Shown one piece after another: positions 56,883 through 64,000 of a DNA stretch of 64,000 nt. Location: positions 128,001-192,000 of the forward strand of contig JAVHQC010000029.1 in assembly GCA_036170915.1 (NCBI GenBank). Direction: 5' to 3'. This stretch comes from Cyanobacteria bacterium auto_48_18 (lineage in GTDB: Bacteria > Cyanobacteriota > Vampirovibrionia > Obscuribacterales > Obscuribacteraceae). The notes beneath the pieces are model-generated. The model ran no database searches. It had not been told where the DNA came from and saw only the letters and a program-made list of their open reading frames with translations. Positions within the stretch are counted from its first letter, which is position 1, and every line of letters starts with the position of its first letter. The position numbers were made by a program, and so were the translations under genes.

Positions 56883-57578
56883 CTAATCGGCAGCACTGGT
56901 GAAAAATGATGATAGCTGATTGGGCGCTGATGGCGGATGTGCAGCAGCAATAGGCACCGCACCGAGAACAGATACAGTTGTAGTGGTGGGCTCGTCCACA
57001 TGTTTGCCTTTCATCCAGGCAATTAAAGAAGCGAAACCAGCCTTTTGCTGTCTGGCTTTGATGCGAGTCTTTAAACGTTCCAGCAGATCTTTATTGTCTA
57101 CAGACAGACTAACAATCTTGAAAGCACCACTGTGATCAGCCAGGCGCCACGAAAGTGATTCTTCTTTTTTACCAAGCAAAAACTTGGTGCTTACAAGAAT
57201 GTCGCCATCTTGTATATTCTCGCCCTGGAAAATAACCTTGCCCTTGCCAAAAATTTTGCGCCAGCGCGGATAGTATCGCTTTTCCACCAGGCCTTTGAGC
57301 GAACCTACAAACTCTTTCCTTTGCGAGGGCGTTAAGCTGGTCCAATTTTTGCCAAGACAGCGAGATGACATTTCCTGGTAGTCGATGAAGCTCGACGGTC
57401 GCAAGGCCGAAGACGATTCAAAAGACTGAAGTAAATGCTCTACAGCAACCCGGCCAGATGTACCTGCCGCTTCTGCGGGCAGGCATGAGAACAAAGCTAT
57501 GCCCGTCATCAATGCGCTAAGTAATTTGCGCTTGGGCAAAGTTCTTGTCAAGTGAGCCTCCGGTAACTGCCAGTGCAA
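56883..57578 (-). CDS. MlaC/Ttg2D-like periplasmic lipid-binding protein
   Basis: Signal peptide; IDYQEMSSRCLGKNWTSLTPSQRKEF; FKIVSLSVD. Confidence 0.75.
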   Translation of the reverse strand: MHWQLPEAHLTRTLPKRKLLSALMTGIALFSCLPAEAAGTSGRVAVEHLLQSFESSSALRPSSFIDYQEMSSRCLGKNWTSLTPSQRKEFVGSLKGLVEKRYYPRWRKIFGKGKVIFQGENIQDGDILVSTKFLLGKKEESLSWRLADHSGAFKIVSLSVDNKDLLERLKTRIKARQQKAGFASLIAWMKGKHVDEPTTTTVSVLGAVPIAAAHPPSAPNQLSSFFTSAAD

Positions 57579-57582
57579 CGCG

Positions 57583-58629
57583 CTAGATCGAGGCTTTGCT
57601 GCGGATTAGTAAGAAACGAGCCAGAATTAGTGCTGCTATAGCCCAACCCGTCAGTAAGAGGATATCACGTGTGTAGTCAGCAGGAATACCCAACATCACC
57701 CCTTTGGTGAGGTCGGCGGCGTAATACATCGGCAACGAGGTAGCAAGCCTCTGCTCCCAGCCTGGCATAGCCTTGACCGGAGTAATGATTCCAGAGACGA
57801 ACATCAAGGCTACCCCTAAAATCGAAACTGTCATTGTGTAAATTCTAATGGTTTTCAGCACACAAGCGAAACAAAGGCCCAAGCAAGCAAAAGTGAAAAC
57901 CGAAAGCAGAGTGGCGCCGAGCAGTCCGAAGAAATTGCCGCCCAGGGTGAAACCGACAATCGGTGCAGTGATAGCAAGCGAGAGCCATAGCACCAGAGCA
58001 GCTTCAAGGGTGACTGTAATGGTCTTGGCGATAATGGCGGCGTCGAGCCCGCCTGGAGCGTAAACAATCTGCCGATAGGTGCGTTCCATCCACTCGTAGA
58101 TCCAGCTGAATCCGACATTCATGGAAGCCAGCACATAGCAGAGATACGCAGTAAGACCAGAGGTAATGTAATCACGCAGGCCGAAATTGACTTGAAAAAG
58201 CGCGGCAGAATGAAGCGGGATGTTCAACTCGTCAGCTCGCTGAGTCAGCACGGCGAGAAGTCCCATAGCAATTTGATCATCAATAAGCGGGTTGTTGCCA
58301 CTGGACAAAATTTGCACTGAATCTTCTAAAGGATCTTGCGAGACATTGGCCAGAGCGACAATTTTCTCGTGCGCCAGGTCACCTTTAGCTTCTTCAAGAT
58401 CGTCATAAACTTTGACGCGAAAGCGTCTGGTATCGGTTAAGTGTTTAGAGAGTTCGGAAATGCCGGCGGGATCGTACAAACCAAAAGGCATATCATTAGC
58501 ACCAGATATGGTGTTGCCAACGCAGACCAAAATTAAAATGGCGAGCAATACACTGGCAAAAAAATAAAGGGGGCGCCTGGTCCACTGCAATATGTCTTTG
58601 TACATGATTGCCAAAATGGAAGCGATCAT
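57583..58629 (-). CDS. ABC-2 type transporter permease
   Basis: Six-TM pattern; MFVSGIITPVKAMPGW...PMYYA. Confidence 0.88.
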   Translation of the reverse strand: MIASILAIMYKDILQWTRRPLYFFASVLLAILILVCVGNTISGANDMPFGLYDPAGISELSKHLTDTRRFRVKVYDDLEEAKGDLAHEKIVALANVSQDPLEDSVQILSSGNNPLIDDQIAMGLLAVLTQRADELNIPLHSAALFQVNFGLRDYITSGLTAYLCYVLASMNVGFSWIYEWMERTYRQIVYAPGGLDAAIIAKTITVTLEAALVLWLSLAITAPIVGFTLGGNFFGLLGATLLSVFTFACLGLCFACVLKTIRIYTMTVSILGVALMFVSGIITPVKAMPGWEQRLATSLPMYYAADLTKGVMLGIPADYTRDILLLTGWAIAALILARFLLIRSKASI

Positions 58630-59723
58630 ACCGGCTGCTCACTTTCCGCAGGCAGAGCGGTCTCTAGCGGCCCATTATTCTCGAGCTGAGTACTATTCTC
58701 GAGCTGAGTACCATTCTCCTTCAAGTCCTTCGATACGGCCAGAAAAACTTCTTCCAGATTTGGTTCACCAGTGGCAAATTTTACAAATGAAATTTCTTCG
58801 CGCTGTAACCAATCAAAAATCTCTCGATGATATTGCTCTGCGTCGCTTTCAGGCTGACTTAAATAAATTGTGTTGCGCAAACTGTCGAGCCTGACCTCTA
58901 CGCCAAATTTTTCTTTGAGAAAATTCAGTGATGTAACCAGTTCAGGAGACTCTACTGCACAATCAGGGGCGAGCTTAATCGATATGCCGCGCATGCCTTT
59001 AATGCGTCTGGCCAACTCCGACACGGTGCCTTCAGCTGTAAGCTTGCCATCACGGATGATACCAATACGATCGGCTAAAAGCTCGGCTTCTTCTAAATAG
59101 TGGGTAGTTAGTAAAATAGTCACGCCTGCAGCTTTGAGTTCCTTTAAAGTTGCCCAAATAAGTCGACGCGAAGCCGGATCAAGACCCACCGTGGGCTCGT
59201 CCATAAACAATACTTTTGGTTCGTTGATCATGGCGCAAGCAATAGCTAATCGGCGTAACATGCCACCAGAAAGACTTTGAGTACGGTCATTGAGTCGGTC
59301 GATTAAACCAGCTCGTCCCAATAATTTTTCAATGCGAGCCTCGCCTTCGACTTTCGGCAAGCCATAAAGATTAGCCAGAAACTTGAGATTCTCATACGGA
59401 GTGAGTTCTTGATAGAGAGCCAGATCTTGCGAGACCGCACCGAAGCAGCCTTTAATTTTCTCTGGTTGCTTGAGGCCATTGAAGCCGCAAATGAAGAACT
59501 CACCTGATGTGGGTGCGAGTAAGGTGGTCAACATACTAATGGTTGTGGTTTTGCCGGCCCCATTGTCACCCAATAAGGCATACAGTTCGCCAGGATAGAT
59601 GCTCAAATTGAGCTTATCCACAGATGTTCGCGAGCCAAAGCGCTTAGTCAAATCTTGAGCGCGTACAGATGGCTCAGAACTTAGCAACTTAAGCCTTGCG
59701 ATTCCTGGTTTGGTGCGCCACAA
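58626..59723 (-). CDS. ABC transporter ATP-binding protein (DrrA-like)
   Basis: GDNGAGKTT, LSGGM, DEPTVGLD, TTHYLEEA, NLEEVF. Confidence 0.93.
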   Translation of the reverse strand: MWRTKPGIARLKLLSSEPSVRAQDLTKRFGSRTSVDKLNLSIYPGELYALLGDNGAGKTTTISMLTTLLAPTSGEFFICGFNGLKQPEKIKGCFGAVSQDLALYQELTPYENLKFLANLYGLPKVEGEARIEKLLGRAGLIDRLNDRTQSLSGGMLRRLAIACAMINEPKVLFMDEPTVGLDPASRRLIWATLKELKAAGVTILLTTHYLEEAELLADRIGIIRDGKLTAEGTVSELARRIKGMRGISIKLAPDCAVESPELVTSLNFLKEKFGVEVRLDSLRNTIYLSQPESDAEQYHREIFDWLQREEISFVKFATGEPNLEEVFLAVSKDLKENGTQLENSTQLENNGPLETALPAESEQPV

Positions 59724-60001
59724 GCACGCATTAAGCTGTCGATGTGAGCGACTTTAAAAACCTTATATACCGGATTTTGCACATTGATAAAAGTAACTGT
59801 CGATTTCAACGAGTCTGCACGTAACAGAAACTCTTCTAACCACTCAAGGCCATCAACACTTATAAAAGGACAACCAGAAAAATCAAACTCAATATCAGTG
59901 TTGCCACGCGCAAGCTTCTTATCGACGTCATCAAGTCCGCGTTCGAGATCGCCTAAGATGCGAATCTTTTCTAGTTTTCTCTCTTTCACAGGCTCGGCCA
60001 T
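59681..60001 (-). CDS. STAS domain protein
   Basis: FDFSGCPFISVDGLEWL, VYKVFKVAHI. Confidence 0.8.
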   Translation of the reverse strand: MAEPVKERKLEKIRILGDLERGLDDVDKKLARGNTDIEFDFSGCPFISVDGLEWLEEFLLRADSLKSTVTFINVQNPVYKVFKVAHIDSLMRACGAPNQESQGLSC

Positions 60002-60032
60002 AATTTCCTCAGCTAACTATTTATAGTGCAAA

Positions 60033-62654
60033 TTAGATGCTTGGTCTTTCTCTTGGTGGATAGGCGGTAGCAAATAGTTGAGCCACTTCGGGGGCTAGTG
60101 CGTAGCGCGGATTGGTGCGAATGCTCATGTCGCCAAATGCAATTTCAGTCAACTCAGGAATAGCGGCCATGTATGCTTCGAGCGGAATGCCCAACTCTGC
60201 CACGGAGAGAGCCTGATTTGCCAATTTGGCCAGGTCAAAAATAGCCTGACGCAATTTTTGCACCAGACGGCGGCGACCAATTTCTTCGCTTTCGCCAGGC
60301 TGCAAATCATCTTTCAAACCGATAAATTGGGCAGCCCGTGCGTATTTGCGGTCGGCTATCCAGAGTGGGTAACAAGGCACAGAAACAAATTTAGACGGAA
60401 TCTGGGCGTTATATTCAATGGTGGAAAGCAAGAAAGCTGCATTGGCTCTGCCGTGAGGAATATCAAAACGGGCACCGAGAGCGTGGGCCAGGGCGTGATT
60501 GACCCCAACTGAGGCGTTGGCAATGGCCATTCCTGCCAGAGTGGCGGCATTATGCAGTTTGTGGCGGTGCACGATACTGTTAGGATTTTTCAGAGTTTCA
60601 GGCAGCGATTCAAATATCAAACGCAACGCTTCTAAGGCCAGCCCGTCTGTATAGTCAGACGAGAAGGTCGAAACCAAAGCCTCTAAAGCGTGAGTGAGGG
60701 CATCAAATGCGGTATCACCCGTAATATCGGCAGGCAAGCTGCGTGTCAGGTTGGCATCGATGATTGCTATGTCAGGCAGCATGCATTCGTCAATCAATGA
60801 AATCTTGCGGTGGCCGTCTTTAAGAACGGCAAAAGGAGTGACTTCAGAGCCAGTGCCTGATGTGGTTGGAATTGCCACCAGCTGAGTTTTCATATCTGTC
60901 GGAAACTCAATCATACGGTGATGGAAATCGAGGAAGTTCACGGCCACTTCAGAAATCTTCAAATCAGGATAATCATAGAAGAGGCGAATAATCTTGGCTG
61001 CATCCAGCACAGAGCCTCCACCCAGGGCAATCACCGTGTCAGGCTTCGTGCGTCGCATTGATTCCACCACTCTTTGCAAAGTGGCAAAATCAGGTTCGGG
61101 GCCCATGTCAGCAAACACGTCAACGTGACAGTCTTGCGGCAAGCGCTCGGTCACCATAGCCAGATGGCCGCGACGCGAGGCACTGCGCGATGTGATGATA
61201 AAGGCGCTCTGACACTTAAGATTGCGCAAGTGATCAATCGAGCCTGGATTGATATAGATATTTTTCGTAGTCTGGAAACTAATGACGTAATTACGTCTGC
61301 GTGGCACTCTTTTGAAGTTAATCAGATTTTTGATGCCGACGTTATCGGTGGTGATATTGCCGCCACCAGTACCACAGCCGAAGCTCAAAGTGGTATTGAG
61401 GTGGTTGTAAACTCCGCCCAGGCCGCCGATTGAAGCAGGAGAATTAACGATGATGCGCCCAGCGTTAATTGCTTCAGAGTAACGTTCGATGACGTTATCG
61501 TCTTCGCAGAAAATGCCGGCTGTGTGCCCGGTACCGCCCGCATAGTTGATATCGAGAGCTTTGTTGATGCCTTCGTTCACTGAGTCGACTATCACATAAC
61601 CAAGCACCGGCATCAACTTTTCAATGGCTAGTGGATGATGGCGCAACTCGCCCAACAAGGGGCAGAGCAGCATTTTTATTGGAGTGGTGATATTGAGACC
61701 AGCCTGATCAGCAATTAGATTAGCCGGTTGACCAACCAACTTATAATTGATGCCACCATTGCGCGGGTCAACGATAAGCGCGCTGATCTTCAGCACTTCT
61801 TCTTGCGAACAAACATGACAGCCGAGGCGCTTAAATTCGGCAATGATCTCATCGCTGATTTCGCGATCAATAACCAGAGTTTGTTCCGATGGGCATTCAG
61901 TGCCATTGTCGAAAGTTTTAGAAATGATGATATCCATGGCAGCAGATGCCACATTCGCACTTTTGTGCACGTAAACCGGCGTGTTACCAGGCCCGACACC
62001 AAGTGCCGGCTTGCCTGAACTGTAAGCAGCTTTGACCATCGCCTGGCCGCCGGTAGCAAATATCAAATCAACTTCAGGATGGTGCATAAGCAGTTCACTG
62101 GTGCGCCTTAAGCGTGATGATTTGTCTACCCAGGTTATGAAGCCTTTGGGCGCGCCTGCTTCAAGAGCTGCTTCGTACATAATTTTGGCGGCGAAGTTTG
62201 ACGATTCGGCTGCCATCAAGTGAGCGCTGAAAATAACTGTGTTGCGTGTTTTAGCGCAGCAAATGCTTTTAAAAATAACGGTTGAGGTCGGATTAGTAAC
62301 CGGTGCCAGGGCAAAAATTACACCCATTGGCTCAGCCACTTCCACCATATTGAGGTCTGGAAATTCGCGAGTAATACCAACGGTACGTTTGTCTTTAATC
62401 TGGTGATAAAGAAACTCGGATGCTACAAGATTTTTTAAAATCTTGTCTTCAGTTACGCCCATGCGCGTTTCTTGATGAGCCATGAGAGCCATTTTACCGG
62501 CATTTTCAATGGCTGCGGCGGTCATCGCTCTGACAATCTTATCGACTTTTTCTTGTGAATACTGAGTAAAAACTGCTGCCGCAAGACGCGCCTGGCGCAC
62601 TAAATGGTTGGCGCGTTCAGTGAGCATAAGCTCTTGATCTGAGGATACTGTCAT
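60033..62654 (-). CDS. adhE: Bifunctional acetaldehyde-CoA/alcohol dehydrogenase
   Basis: PVTNPTST, GVGPGN, FDNGTECPSEQ, IEKLMP, GGGSVLDAAK, PTTSGTGSEVT, DALTHALE, NHALAH, PHGRAN. Confidence 0.95.
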   Translation of the reverse strand: MTVSSDQELMLTERANHLVRQARLAAAVFTQYSQEKVDKIVRAMTAAAIENAGKMALMAHQETRMGVTEDKILKNLVASEFLYHQIKDKRTVGITREFPDLNMVEVAEPMGVIFALAPVTNPTSTVIFKSICCAKTRNTVIFSAHLMAAESSNFAAKIMYEAALEAGAPKGFITWVDKSSRLRRTSELLMHHPEVDLIFATGGQAMVKAAYSSGKPALGVGPGNTPVYVHKSANVASAAMDIIISKTFDNGTECPSEQTLVIDREISDEIIAEFKRLGCHVCSQEEVLKISALIVDPRNGGINYKLVGQPANLIADQAGLNITTPIKMLLCPLLGELRHHPLAIEKLMPVLGYVIVDSVNEGINKALDINYAGGTGHTAGIFCEDDNVIERYSEAINAGRIIVNSPASIGGLGGVYNHLNTTLSFGCGTGGGNITTDNVGIKNLINFKRVPRRRNYVISFQTTKNIYINPGSIDHLRNLKCQSAFIITSRSASRRGHLAMVTERLPQDCHVDVFADMGPEPDFATLQRVVESMRRTKPDTVIALGGGSVLDAAKIIRLFYDYPDLKISEVAVNFLDFHHRMIEFPTDMKTQLVAIPTTSGTGSEVTPFAVLKDGHRKISLIDECMLPDIAIIDANLTRSLPADITGDTAFDALTHALEALVSTFSSDYTDGLALEALRLIFESLPETLKNPNSIVHRHKLHNAATLAGMAIANASVGVNHALAHALGARFDIPHGRANAAFLLSTIEYNAQIPSKFVSVPCYPLWIADRKYARAAQFIGLKDDLQPGESEEIGRRRLVQKLRQAIFDLAKLANQALSVAELGIPLEAYMAAIPELTEIAFGDMSIRTNPRYALAPEVAQLFATAYPPRERPSI

Positions 62655-62976
62655 TTTATTTCTCTGAAAACTGCTTTGCCCGCCGAGAACAAATTATGGG
62701 GGCACAGCCGCATGCTCACCAAATCTGACAGGCAGAGATTATCAAGTGTAAGGTAAAAACCGCATCTATAAGTTATAAGGTTAAGAAGCCTAATTAAAAC
62801 TTATCCAACCTGCCGGCGTGTACCGGCGCCCAGGCGGGTGGGGCAATTACGTACAGGTATATGCCTTTTATGGTATAAACACCGTTGCATGTCAAGCGGG
62901 AAGGCATACAATTGCCGTGGCGTTGGAAAATAGAAAAAAATTGGCAAAGAATTTGAAAGAAGAATCGACAATCAAA

Positions 62977-64000
62977 ATGGTGGCCCTCACGGTGCTGCTC
63001 GCGGCTCATTCAAGCGTTGCTGCGGCTGGTGCTCAAGATGCTTATGGGCGGCCCGCCAAAGACTTCACCCACCGCAAACGCATGATTGTGCCTGCCTCTG
63101 AAAATACTCGCCGCATCGACTATCAGGCCTTGCCTGGCCGTGATTCGCTTATGTTGCCAAATTATGCACCCAAGTTTCCACCAGTTGGCGCTGGTCAAAG
63201 TGACTATTATGGCCAATCAAGTCAAAATGCACAGAACAACTATGGCAGCGCTCTGCCGCCGGCCGAGACTGAGAGCCTCAGCGCTCACGCGCAGGCACTA
63301 GGCAGCCCAGGCAAAGCTGCTCGAAAACCATTCACAAAAGTCAGTCGTGCGGGAATGGTGCCACCAGCCCCTCCTATCAAGTCATCGCTTTTGCCGGCCA
63401 GCCTCACTAATGATTTAGACAAACCGCCAGCCGGTGCCAAAAGTACCGGTTCAGCCTCAAATACTTTAAGTTCGCAAAAAGTAATTCAGATAAAAGCTGA
63501 AGCGCAAGCTCTTGTCAAAAAAGGCAAGGTGGGCGAGGCTCAGACGTTACTTTCGGGTTATGTCAAACATCATCCTGAAGAAAAAATCCTGGCCGCTGAA
63601 CTGAGTCGCATATCTTTGAGCCGCGCCCAGGGCAGCGCCAAGATAGGTAACCACGACGCAGCTGTGCAACAAGCACGTCTGGCGATCATTCATGGCGACA
63701 GTGTGCCCGAAGTGGCGCTGGCCGCCCATGGCACCTTAAATAGCAGCTTGAACAAAATTGGAGTTAAATCCAATCAGGCCGAGGCGCGCCTGGAAATGGG
63801 CAGCAAGCTCATGGAGGAAGGCCGTTTTCATGAAGCCGAAGTCGAATATAAAGCTGCAGCTAAGCTAAAACCCTCTGAAGCAGCCTATCTTGGGGCCGGT
63901 GGCGCGGCTATGAAAGAAGGGCGAAAATTGCAGGCCAAGGCGCTATTTCAAGAAGCGCTGCAGCTTAACCCAGATTCTCAACCAGCCTTGAGAGAACTCG
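62977..64000 (+). CDS. Partial TPR protein with signal peptide and Pro-rich linker (runs off window end)
   Basis: Translated by hand: MVALTVLLAAHSSVAAAGAQ...ARLEMGSKLMEEGRFHEAEVEYKAA...QAKALFQEALQLNPDS; open to 64000; start could be slightly upstream. Confidence 0.8.
   Translation, partial: MVALTVLLAAHSSVAAAGAQDAYGRPAKDFTHRKRMIVPASENTRRIDYQALPGRDSLMLPNYAPKFPPVGAGQSDYYGQSSQNAQNNYGSALPPAETESLSAHAQALGSPGKAARKPFTKVSRAGMVPPAPPIKSSLLPASLTNDLDKPPAGAKSTGSASNTLSSQKVIQIKAEAQALVKKGKVGEAQTLLSGYVKHHPEEKILAAELSRISLSRAQGSAKIGNHDAAVQQARLAIIHGDSVPEVALAAHGTLNSSLNKIGVKSNQAEARLEMGSKLMEEGRFHEAEVEYKAAAKLKPSEAAYLGAGGAAMKEGRKLQAKALFQEALQLNPDSQPALREL

Noticed and set aside
58672..58720. 18-bp tandem repeat at the ABC ATPase 3' end
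   Set aside because: In-frame slippage in a disordered tail (ENGTQLENSTQLENN); no sign of separate function
724..63729. Numerous short overlapping or antisense ORFs in the track
   Set aside because: They lie within or opposite well-supported genes and show no motifs; treated as spurious

Overview
A 64 kb bacterial chromosomal segment. Several genes look cyanobacterial (nblS/hik33-like kinase, coaD next to a cdv3/DivIVA-like gene, SigF-type sigma, PBP-A-like serine hydrolase). There are no photosynthesis genes in the window, and there is a fermentative adhE and many ORFan TPR and EF-hand proteins. This points to a non-photosynthetic Cyanobacteriota relative such as Vampirovibrionia/Obscuribacterales (inference). 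Housekeeping and metabolic genes include kdsC, sod, cmk, speD/speE, a HelY-like helicase, a SWIM-SNF2 helicase, coaD, citrate synthase, sfsA and adhE, plus one tRNA-Pro(GGG). I saw no CRISPR array, integrase or transposase. The best candidate for an undescribed system is at 50.5-56.1 kb. There a sensor kinase and a convergent OmpR-family regulator bracket three EF-hand-like ORFan genes, two of which share a duplicated 46-bp promoter with PhoB/OmpR-box geometry. Other items of note are an orphan BREX PglX-like methyltransferase, a protein built only of MshEN-like repeats with a structured upstream region, a cassette after the tRNA led by a T4-PNKP-type phosphatase, and a lethal-factor-like zincin. 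All family calls are from motif reading by eye; no database searches were run.
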